64,000 bases of DNA, from NCBI GenBank assembly GCA_002633005.1, contig NMRA01000246.1, positions 78,793 to 142,792 on the forward strand, given 5' to 3'. Of this stretch, positions 53,560 to 64,000 are shown piece by piece. The position numbers were made by a program, and so were the translations under genes. The notes beneath the pieces were generated by a model. That model worked only from the letters and a program-made list of their open reading frames with translations. It was not told the DNA's origin and did no database searches. Each line of letters starts with the position of its first letter. Within the stretch, counting starts at the first letter, position 1. Source of the stretch: Phoronis australis. Lineage: Eukaryota > Animalia > Phoronida.

Positions 53560-54500
53560 TCTGCCTCTGTGCCCCTGGTGGCAACTTTAGTTTTTTACAT
53601 TTGCCTCCCTTCTGTATCATTACTTTGTTGTCGGATTGTGATGAAATTTGACAAATAGGTTTTGATTAATGAAACAAAGACGTCTTCCCATTTTTGGATG
53701 GATACAATTTATTATGTGCCACCTAGTGGCCAATTTTGTTATTTTTCAGTTAACTTTTTGTTTTCGCCTCTATCCACCAAACCATCTGAAAGATGATCAT
53801 GAGCATTGACACGATGTGTTCCTGCTGAGATGATAGCTCGCGTTGATTTTTGGACTTGTGCGACTCGCTTATATCTCCTGTGAAAATTTGCATGTGTTTT
53901 CCTATCAGTGTGACAATCAACGACGACCACGTTAGGATATATCTGATTATGCGGTGCTCCCTTAGAAATTTTAGGGAGTTTTAATGTTTGCCTCTGTATC
54001 TTCAGAGCTTTTTTGATGGATTTTCACAAAACTTCAATCATGGAGGTGGCAATGGATTTGACATTCTTTGCCGCCTTGTGGCCATTTCATTTCCAGTCTT
54101 GTTATTTTGCGTCCACCTCTCCGCCAAACTTCTCAAAGCCTCACTATGAAAATTTGCAGATGTTTTTCTATTGGTAAGGTCGTGACTGACGCTGATTTTT
54201 GGACGGGTTCGACTGCTGTGGTGTCCCCTAGTGGCACTTTTCATCGTCAGCTATGTCTCCTAGACCCATTTCATGTTCTTTGTGAAGTCTGGCAAATGTA
54301 TTCCTATGAATGCAACAACGTACGGCAACTTTTTTCAGATGGATCCCGCTGTCACTGTGTGTTCTGGTGACAATTTTGTTTTTAGGAGTTCCGTGATGGA
54401 TTTTCATGAAATTTGACATATAGGTTATTAGTTTGATGGGGTCCCCTTCCCATTTTCAGACAGGTTCCACGCATTATGTTTCATCTATTGGCCATTTTTA
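53560..54500 (+). repeat. Degenerate internal subunits of a Helentron/HINE-type repeat
   Basis: Recurrent ctctat(c)..ggatttt-catgaaatttgaca and cccctagtggc-like motifs, similar to the body of the 46697 element. Edges are approximate. Confidence 0.55.
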
Positions 54501-55330
54501 TGATAGTAGTATAAACACTCTCAGCATATTGTTTGCCATGTAGTCATGAGTGCATTTCAAGTCTTTCTGTCATCAACAGCCTCTGTCTGCTGTGACACAG
54601 ATCTAAATTCACATGGTCACCACACAAAACTGCTTTTGTTTGCAACCATCAGGAGGACCACATTGTGCTAATTATTACCAAATTGTGAGCTGCTCTTGTC
54701 CTGCTGCTTGTGTTTGTTCAGTTACATGTGAATGACTCTGGTCTGCATGTGCCATGTGTTTATGCAACACATTCAGGGGTGGGTATAAATCACATGAGCC
54801 ACAATAGGTGGCACTGGTAGTTCAATAAAATCAGCTTGGTGAGCTATGGTATGGTTTTGGAGAAGATTCAAGTGCTGAATATAATGAAAGTGCTATAATT
54901 TATGTGCTTCAATACATTTTGAGAATAATCAAGGATTTTGCAAGCTTTGTATTTTGTGAGTTGTCTATGAGTTTAAAGTGATGAGGACTTCTGATTTTCA
55001 TCTGCTCACTGTTGTTTGCCTTTTGTTTTGAGCACTATGTTTGATACATGCAAACATTACTGTAAATATCCGACTATTATTTTAACAGTTAGTTGTCTTC
55101 CGTCAATACAGTGAAATCACCAATTTAGAACACAGTATGGTGGACCAGTCATATTGGGTTTTCTCTTTTTTCATAAAATATTATTAAAAGAAATTAACGC
55201 CGCTGATTTGATGCACTACTTAAAGACCCTTGAAAGTGAAAAAGGCCAATTTTGAATTTTCCAACGCTGGTGAGATTTTATTGCGGCGTATTATTCACCA
55301 TAATCTCTAGCTTGTTTTTTGTTTCTACAG

Positions 55331-55442
55331 GTGCTAGAGCAATGTGCTGACGGTCAGTGGAGAGGTACTGTCATGCATGACTCATATCAGCCGTCACGCT
55401 CGGGCTATTTCCCTGCATCAGCCGTAGTCCTTGTGGACAAAG
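55331..55442 (+). CDS. CASKIN: Caskin-like exon 10 (112 nt), SH3 C-half: VLEQCADGQWRGTVMHDSYQPSRSGYFPASAVVLVDK
   Basis: ttgtttctacag acceptor and G|gtaata donor. VLEQxxDGxWxG...GYFP motif. Part of ORF 55319..55519. Confidence 0.93.
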
Positions 55443-56628
55443 GTAATAAAAATATGAAACATCTCGAATGTGTGGCCTTGAAGTTTGGAGTGTTTCATAT
55501 TGTAATGTGTTATTTCTGACAGTTATCAAAAGAGCAGAACATGTGTTATTGTGTTGGCCTTGATGATTCATTCTTCAATTTAAATTGGACTTCCTTCACA
55601 AAAAATAACTTATGATTTTGACCACTTAGTGTTTGTTATGAGATAGGTCTAAAATTGTTTCTTGTCTCGGATAGATCTGACATTTATTGCTCTAGACAAG
55701 CCTGAAGAAGTTAGTGCGTCATTTTCTGACGAGCATGGTCTCAAACAATAACCATTGTTATTTCTTGTCAAGCCCAGATATCACTTCTTATCTGAGTAAG
55801 AAAAAAGTTGAGGCTGATGAAATTTATAATAGCAGTGAGTGGTCTTAAGTCATGAGTAATTTTTTGGTGGAGTGTGAGCTTATAACTGCCTTGATGTTAC
55901 CTTCAAAGATGCGAGTTGTGCTTTTATGACGAGCTGTTCAGAACAATGTGCTTTGCTATTACCTCATATATTGCTATTTGAATGTATTGTTGGTTTGGCA
56001 TGGTTAAGGTGGCTTTTAATTTTCAGTTATTGCTTTTGTTAAATTTCTGTATCTTTCAAAATGTGTTTCAACAATTATTCAAATACCCCCTTTATGTTTG
56101 TAGTGAAGGCAGTTTTGACAATCGTCCAACTCTTTGTGTCAGATACAGAAATAGACCAATCTATGCGTATTATTTTTATTCTTTGTGCTCTAAATTAGCT
56201 GCACGATTGTTTGGGTATTACAGTCTGGTGTTATAGCATGGCCGTTAAGCTCGTCACTAGAAGATGTTCGAGCTTGAAGATATGTTTCTTGTGCATACAA
56301 TGTATCGCCTGTGTTATCGTAGCATACCACTGTGCCAAGTTTGAGTTACCTTAAACACGTTCCAACTTTCATTAATAAAAACTTCAAATTCTAAACTGAA
56401 CTCGGAGTCATTTCAATCTAGTGAAAAAAATCCAGCATTTAGCTGTAGCGTATTGGTTTGATTTCTCGATAAAAAGTATTACACAGGCAATTGTTATTGC
56501 TGCCGTTAAGTAATGTTTCTCAAACTTGGGTTAGTAATCTTTGTTGTCTCCCCTGTTAGCTTTGCTGCTCCTTTGTTTGTGTCGTCTGTAGTTCAATGTT
56601 GTAAATGTCTAGCATGATCCTCTTGTAG

Positions 56629-56796
56629 CTCCGGAGTCTCGCAACCACCACGTGATGAACAACAACACGTTTTCGCAGAGGCGAATCCCGGAGTTAGTTC
56701 ATAACCACCAGGTTGACCGCTCATCTTATGGCAGCATCGGCAATGACGACTCTTTTCCCCCTCCACCCTCGCCGTTGCTGTCAATAAAAAATCCAG
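56629..56796 (+). CDS. CASKIN: Probable Caskin-like exon 11 (168 nt), post-SH3 linker: (A)PESRNHHVMNNNTFSQRRIPELVHNHQVDRSSYGSIGNDDSFPPPPSPLLSIKNP
   Basis: cctcttgtag is the only nearby acceptor that keeps the frame open. CAG|gtaacc donor, phase 1->1, coding-like GC/CpG content (ORF 56652..56906). No recognisable homology. Confidence 0.7.
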
Positions 56797-57232
56797 GTAA
56801 CCATTGTGTGGTTGGTCTTTGTCTGTCCCCCTGTCCATTTGAAGACTTAAGTCGCCTGCTTCTGTGTCCATGTGAAACTTTGTTACTCCTTGCTACCTTG
56901 ATGTGAGACACGGGAACAATATGATTGTATCGGTGATTTTGCAGAATTTGACAGTTTTTGTCTCACACTCGAATGATCATTTTTTTGAACATATGTCTTG
57001 TCCAACAGTGCTAATTTATGTCTGTACTGTAAGTTGACTAAATTTCTCTCATGTAATTAAATCAGGTCAAGCTGATGAATTGTCTTATGTGACAATTGAT
57101 CTCCTAGAATTCCTTTTGCTCCCGTAATATGTCCCGCTACTCCTGTTACGGCAGTAAACCAGTGCTGTCCAATATTGTCTGGTGACGTTCCATTGTCGTC
57201 TAACCACCGTCATGTCTTGTTCTTATTTCTAG

Positions 57233-57268
57233 CGCATTCGTCGATGATTATTACGGCTAGTAAACAAA
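57233..57268 (+). CDS. CASKIN: Candidate 36-nt frame-neutral alternative exon: (A)HSSMIITASKQ
   Basis: Branch-like tctaac (~57199), tract tcttgttcttatttctag, donor A|gtacgt. Open in phase 1->1. Confidence 0.55.
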
Positions 57269-59382
57269 GTACGTCCTCTCCTAACAATCTGTGTTGTGCT
57301 GTGTCATGTCATGTTATGTCCATGCTAATCTCAACTAAATAGCTTTAGTCACTGTGTCGTATTTCTTTCATGAATATTCACAATAGGCAGCACTGCTGCC
57401 GTCATGGTTACTATGTATGTGAATTAGGTTCACAGTGTTTTTACACCTGAATTACAAGCCAGAATTCCAGTTCATGTCATGTTCACAGCTGATTCTTAGT
57501 GTTCTGCCAGGTTATTGTGAGACCAACAATAATTTGTGAATATTCTGTGAACAATGTTCATGACGTGGTTGCTTAGTCATTAATATTGCATTGTATGCAA
57601 ACAAGTATTTTTGTGAATATTCAGGGTATAAATGCGACATGGCTACTTAAATCTACATTTCGCTCCGTAAATTAACGAGCTGAAGAGGGCGAAATGCAAC
57701 TTTAGCATCACTCTTTTACTATAAATACCCCACCCCCTACTGTTAGGAGAAAATTTGCATGAAAGATACTGGGAACTCTAAAAATATTCACATGTTGTTT
57801 GATTCAAATTGAAATGTCCATGGGATTTGCAAATATCACCCTTAGTTTTATTAAAGGTGGATTTCAATTTCATTTAACTTGGCTGTAATTTGTTAATACA
57901 TCCTATTATAACTATAGGACTGAGCTTTGGTAATGGGAATTTACTATGATGAAGATGAAATTCCTTGGCTTTTCTATAACACTTGCAAGGGGTAATGGAT
58001 GTAGTCGAGTTAGGTAGATTAAAAGCTTTACTTGGTGAGTGGGAACTCACATTTTGATGTTTTTTGTAGTTGGAAATTCATGTCATCAGTGGCATGGTTC
58101 ACTTTCTGGGAGGCACAACAAGAGAGTCAATTACAATGTAAATACATTACACTATGTTATGATTGATGGCAAGTCACAAACGTTTCCAACTTTTTTATAA
58201 CTGTGGTCCAATTCAAACACTCCACCCTATGTCGGTATTGGTTTTATAAGTTTCAGGGGTATGCCAGTTAGATTAGTTGGCACCAGTCTCCAATTCTCAG
58301 CACACCACTGTTTTGATGACTGTGGAGACAGATTACATGTCTTCTTCTCTCTGTTGTGACAAGCAGCTTTCAAAATGCTCAGATAACACAACACACTTGA
58401 ACCGGGACCAGCTAAGTTTATAAGGTTCAAACTAATAATTGGGTTGTGTTTTCCTAAGCAAAATTTCAGAGTGTTTGTTTAACTTGCAGAGCAGAGATGA
58501 GTCTTGAGTGTGCATATGTAGTGTGGGTTTTGTTGTGGAAATTCATCTCACTTGAAGTGTTGAAACTTGTGAACACTGTTTTTCATTGAGTCATCTTGCA
58601 GTTTGTTGCATGCAGCATGTTTTGACACTAGTTCTGTAAATATTGCAGTTTGTTTTGTATTTTGATGCCATCCAGTTGGTTCGCCTCAACTGTCATCTTA
58701 TGCATCTTGTGGAGAAAAGTGTGTTTTATTAGGATGCATAGCCATTTTCCACAGAATGACCATTTTTGAAGTTTGTCTGCACGGCTCTGGTCATTAATGA
58801 AACTGGAATTTGTTTTACAAACTGTTGATTTTTCGATGAGAAGACCGTCTTTCTGAAACCTACTGTGATGTTACTTGTACTCTGCTCTAGTCATATGGTG
58901 GTTTCTCTATACTGTATCTTCCTCCAATTACTTTCACTACACTTTGGGGTATAGTTATTGGCAATGGTGTGTGTCAGTAAATACACAACATATATATAAA
59001 CGTTAAGGATACCTTTTATGGTGTTTTTGGTCAGTTTGGTACATTTTCCTCAGTCTGTATACAAGAAAAATTAAGAATTTATTAATTATAATTTACTGAA
59101 AGTTGTTGTTGTCACAGTCTGTGTACCCGCATGTTTGGTTTCGAAGTTTTCCCCAGTTGTATTTTGCCAAAGTGAGAGTAGCCTGCACTTTGTCAGTACT
59201 TTTTGCATTCTGTTCCTTGTTCACTGGGGATTAAATTCGAACGATTTTCTGGTTTTAATTGATTATTTCTTGTCTGCACATTTTTTCTCGTTCCGCAAAC
59301 TACGCTTGTCACTAATGTGTAGGCATCTGACTGAGTTCCCGGAATTATGCTAATTTCAAATGTTTGCTGTTTTCTCTTCCAG

Positions 59383-59453
59383 ACTGCACAGTTCAGAGGG
59401 CTAGGTCGAACCCCCAGTTCCCCATGCCTGGTTCATTCTATGCTAATCCACAG
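59383..59453 (+). CDS. CASKIN: Probable Caskin-like linker exon (71 nt): (D/N)CTVQRARSNPQFPMPGSFYANPQ
   Basis: Branch-like gctaat, strong tract tgttttctcttccag, CAG|gtgaga donor. Open in phase 1->0. Confidence 0.72.
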
Positions 59454-60709
59454 GTGAGACAATGGCTTGATGCTGTGTTCAGATGCTAACTTTGACAAGG
59501 TGGAGCCTAGAATGGCACAAGGAGATTAATGTCCACCCTTGTTTACACGGCTCAACAATATGGAGGTGGAAGAGTTCAATCAAAAATTGTATTGATGTAC
59601 CACCTTGATTTATCTTGTCTCTGTTTGGTGCCTTGTCAAAAGTAACATGCAAAGTTTGAATCAATATCTCTTTTGTCACCATAAAATTGTTTGTGACTCA
59701 GTTATTACAGTCTTACTTGAAAGTGTAATTCGCAATTCAGTCCTGTCTAGTTTGTGACTGGCGGCTTTCTGGCTTGATTATCATGGGCCATGGTGTCTTT
59801 TGTCACAAAGTGTTCTGCTCGTCAATTTGGTGTTGCATTCCCCAACATCCAATGTAATGAAATTAGTTTACAAATTGGAAATGACTTTTGCTGAAATGTA
59901 TCTATCTTGGATTCATTGATTAGAAGCGAAGTTTTTGCTCTGTTTCATTGTTTTTAAAACTGAGCATCTGCTATTTACAAAACATTGCCTGTAACTGAAT
60001 ACTGTATGCAATTATCGGGTGGACTTTTCAGTGTTGGCGAATACCAAGAAATGATATTTAGTGTGTTCTGCCTAGAGGGGTACTCTGTTCTCTGGAGGGC
60101 TACTTGACACAGTTTGAGAGTAGAGTGTGCCGTTGAATAATTGCAATATCTACCTTTTCTGTCCGTCATATGGTTTCTCTCAGGACTGCAGGCAGTCTTA
60201 CGATGCACCTTGACAGACAACCTTCAATGCGATCCTTCCTTTGACTTATTTCTGTATTTTCTAACCCTTATTATGTTTTTTTCTGGCACATGAATCAGTG
60301 AACGCTGGGTAGGGTTTTGAGTGGATTTTTTTCTGAAGAGTTCTCTACCACATGGCGGGTAAAATTGTGCTAACATTGTGCTGACACTCAATACTACCAT
60401 TTATAATGCTTACACCACCTGAGACAATATCTGGACTTATCCTGAAATGGTACCTTTTAGGTAAAGTATCTGTCCAAGCTGATGACATACCTGAAAGGGC
60501 AAAATAACCACCTGAGTTGGCAGCATGTCTCTGCTAACCCCTCCTGTGGGTTGGCCCCTGTGAAATATACTCTCTAGCTGAACATTTCCAAATTCTCTTA
60601 GGATGAAAAAATCCGCTCCCGTTGCCTGCCTTGCTTGTAGGTTTTGTAATTTTCTACTTTAACATAGTCTAAATAGAAAAAGAGTGTATATCATCTCTGT
60701 ACAGCATTT

Positions 60710-61135
60710 GCTGCAGTATCTCCTGAACCTGTTGAAGGATCTCCACGAAATTTGGCAGGTGTGTTCCCTTGAAGGTGATGACTGCTGAAGACAACTTTAC
60801 TTGCCATTGACCTACTGATGTACCATCTAATAGCAGTTTTAATTTATTTGTTCTTGCCTCTATATCTAACAAGTTTCTCACTGGCTCTTTGTGAACTTTG
60901 AATGAGCTGACCATTGTTACACAGTTTTGGTATTTTGGTGCCATTTGTTGATGTTTGCCGCTCTATCTGCCAAACAGTTCAAGGGTTCGTCATGAAATTT
61001 ACGACATATGTTCCTGTTGACGAGAGTATGGCTGACGTTGATTTTCTGACAGATCTGCATACCGATATTTGTTCTGGTGGCAGTCTCAACGTCACCTATT
61101 TTTTTGACTGGCACTGCACCCTGCAGACTCGATTT
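60710..61135 (+). repeat. Degenerate internal subunits of a Helentron/HINE-type repeat
   Basis: tatctcctgaacc..cacgaaatttggcag and ctctatctgccaaac..catgaaatttacgaca units resemble 53560-54500 and 46840-46885. Confidence 0.5.
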
Positions 61136-62528
61136 TAACTTCACTAGCCGTCTTCTTTCTAATGTGTGAAAGTAGATCTTTGTCATTTGCAATGCACATG
61201 TTGGATGGATATCTATGATCCGAGAAATTAATTTACTTTTTATGTAATGCTTTCTTGTCTGTTTGATCACAATGAAATGTTCTCAAACCTTGCCCCCTGA
61301 AATTTTGTATAATATGAATGTTAAGTGGCCCTCATGAATAATCATGTAATTGGCCGGGATCGTGTTTCACAGTTGGTTAATACAAATCAAACATAATTTA
61401 CATCTCGCTGGGAGACGGCATATTTAACGTCAAGTCTCTCTAGCTGTGCAGCCAATAAGAATGCATTTGTTGCGTGGATTTGTGGGCGATTGCTGCTTGG
61501 ATTCGCTTGAAACAGTTGCAATATGTGCTTTGTTTGGCAACTAATAAGGTTGAATTTGTGAACTTGTTTAGGGAGCTTTCGTCTCTCTTGAGGGATTTGA
61601 GCAATTGGATAACAACGTGGTCAGTTTGATTACTGCGGATAATTGAACAGACATGTTCAAGACTATTTCATGGTTGCTAATCATGTAGTGAAGATCTTGG
61701 TCTTTTTCTGTCTCTTTCTGAGTTTGTCCTTGCATGGTACAACTAAGAGGAGGAAAATGTGGATCACTGCTCAGTGGATTGGTGGTGGTGTCTAACAGGG
61801 TTACTATGGAGACGAGGCGATCTTGAACAGAAACATGCACATTTTCATGGATTTCTTATCATTCTACGAATCTATGGCAGTCTTGGTGCAGTTGCCTGGA
61901 TATCAATGAGATTTCTGCAAAGTGGCTTTGGATTCAGTTGTGCCTAAGTGTATTTAAAAATGTCATTTTGCTGACTGAAATGGTGCCAGTCTTCTCATTG
62001 TTGAATACACAATTTTGCCTACATTTGGAATCTGAGCGGTGTTTACTTAACAGCTTGAGACGACTGACAGTAGTATTGTCCTTGGTGCTGACAGGACATA
62101 AGAATTAGTCACGTGATCTGCGGACATTGACTGGCAATTGCGAGTAACAAATATGTCGTTCCTTGTGCAACTCCTAAAGTCGGCCACGATGCCATGTTTG
62201 AAGCAGAGTGACTACCGAACGCACATGAGAGTAAATAGATTTTCATATTTTTAAAGCATCTAACAAATTGTATTTTGCACTTATATTTATGCAATTCACA
62301 TTTTGTTAAACATGCTTTTTAACTATCAAAATCACAGTTATTCAAGTTGTATGAATAACTGCATATTTGTTTTAGAAGTAAAAATTAATGAAAATGAATT
62401 TACACTTACTGTTTCTCAGTCTCATATTTTGTCAATCTCGTATTTCTGTTAGGCTATCCTGTAATTGTTCCTGACATTGCAATAAACCAAACATGAAGTG
62501 GCTTAGTTCTATCTCATTAATCTTGACT

Positions 62529-62591
62529 TGTAATTAAAAACTGAAAAGAACTGTAGAATGTAATTAAAAACTGAAAAGAACTGTAGAATGT
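62529..62591. repeat. 30-bp tandem repeat, 2 units
   Basis: tgtaattaaaaactgaaaagaactgtagaa x2. Confidence 0.9.
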
Positions 62592-63526
62592 GACGGGCAC
62601 ACACATTCCAGAGTGTGAAAAGCACCCAGAATTACTAATATGATGAATGATTCAAGAACTGTGTCGCCTGTTTGGTTATTCTAGGATCTAAAATAAGAGC
62701 AGTTTATTAGCTGTTCTTTGGTTGTTGTTTGTTAGGTGTTTTAGTCGTTCTTTGACAGTTGGTTTTCACATCATTAAGTAAATGATCAAAAACAATTTGG
62801 ATTTGGCAGTTTAAGTGACCTTGAACCTGTAGCTATAGAAATCAAATAAAAAAATTAAATAAATTTGTAAATCTATTAATGGTTACATACAAGTGATTTT
62901 GTTTGGCGTCTTCGATAAAAACGAAACTATTTTTCCCGTTGATTGAGAAAATGGCGTTGCAGCTGATTACAGGAAATGACAGAAAATATGAGAGCTGGCG
63001 TGTTACTACTGAGTAACAACTGGAACTGGAAGTGGCTGTTTATCTGAGATTGATATAATTAGTATGTTTTTATTACTCTGCTAGGATTAGCCTAATATGA
63101 CTGGACCAAGAGGAGCCATCTCATCAACAGCTTTGAAACAAAATTAATCTGTCTTGGTAAAGAAACCCAGTATTGATCTGCTTATTGTAACTTGATAAAT
63201 AAACCCTAATTAGGGTTTATGAGACACTGACAGTTCCTTTATCATTATTCCCAGAGCTGGATTACGGAAAGCGTTGTTTTTGTGCTTAAAGTGTTTTGCC
63301 CACGTTCATGTTGGGGATATTGAGTTGAACTAAGGAGCTATTGATGTGCAAAGTGGTTTTAAAATTATGGCAGTTGGCAGTCTAGTTTTTATGTTGGTAA
63401 AATTATTTTTACACCACATTTTGGTGGATGTACTCTGAGGAGGATCTTTGATTATTGTAATTAAATGTCTGAAGTTGTTTGCATGATAAATTAATTCAAG
63501 ACATTGGTGATCATTGCAGTGAGAAT

Positions 63527-63637
63527 GGTTATAATTGAAATTATTACATTTATATTACAACGACACTGGTAGTTATAATTGTAATTATTACATTGATATT
63601 ATAACGACACTGGTAGTTATAAATATAGATTATTACA
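63527..63637. repeat. ~43-bp AT-rich tandem repeat, recurring at 63961-64000
   Basis: gttataattgtaattattacattgatattataacgacactggta units on both sides of the tRNA-like sequence. Confidence 0.8.
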
Positions 63638-63805
63638 TGGCAAAGTCGTTATCCCCCGTTATCTAGAGCCCGAGTGGATCGTTTTTCTGTAAATTATGCG
63701 TCATATTTTTCATAGCGTATAAATGTCGGTGCAATGCCCTTTGCTGAACATGCGATTGTTGCGCGTGCTCATTTAAGTATTCTATTTTCACATTCGATGA
63801 CGTCA

Positions 63806-63877
63806 GCCGCTGAGTGGTGTAGTGGTAAAGTCGGCGACTCGAAACTCTTGACGCCCAGGTTCAAATCCGGCTTCGGT
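63806..63877 (+). other. tRNA-derived (SINE-head or pseudo-tRNA) sequence
   Basis: A-box TGGTGTAGTGG, B-box GGTTCAAATCC and loop-like CT-CGA-AA. The anticodon and acceptor stems pair poorly, so it is not called a functional tRNA. Confidence 0.65.
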
Positions 63878-64000
63878 TTCCCGCCAAAATGTTATCTTAC
63901 TAGTGAGATAACTTTATGGGTTATTACACGGTTGTATCTGCCATTCGAAGCTAATATTGTGGTATAATTGTAATTATTATATTGATATTATAACGACACT

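Noticed and set aside
56558-56612. Three upstream AG acceptors before exon 11
   Set aside because: Each gives an in-frame stop when joined to exon 10 in phase 1; they could only yield NMD isoforms.
60184-60213. Acceptor-like tttctctcag followed by DCRQSYDAP as the next Caskin exon
   Set aside because: An in-frame TGA occurs before any credible donor.

Overview
This is AT-rich eukaryotic (animal, probably marine invertebrate; taxon is inference) draft-assembly DNA, not prokaryotic, and nearly all ORFs in the supplied track are spurious. The window is almost entirely the intron-rich body of one + strand gene encoding a Caskin-family scaffold. Nine confident GT-AG exons (2034-55442) splice in frame into ankyrin repeats plus an atypical SH3 domain, followed by three less certain linker exons, one a 36-nt frame-neutral candidate. 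The first exon and the SAM/C-terminal exons were not found and are presumed to lie outside the window. The introns hold MITE, foldback and Helentron-type elements, a TSD-flanked poly(A) retro-insertion, tRNA-derived fragments, and three duplications at assembly gaps that look like uncollapsed haplotypes. The most unexpected observation is a decayed, intronless, antisense ORF in the intron after exon 8 (~47075-49146). Its residual motifs occur in the order and spacing of an ankyrin-repeat + Mab-21/cGAS-like receptor (cGLR) nucleotidyltransferase. This call was made by eye and needs HMM confirmation.
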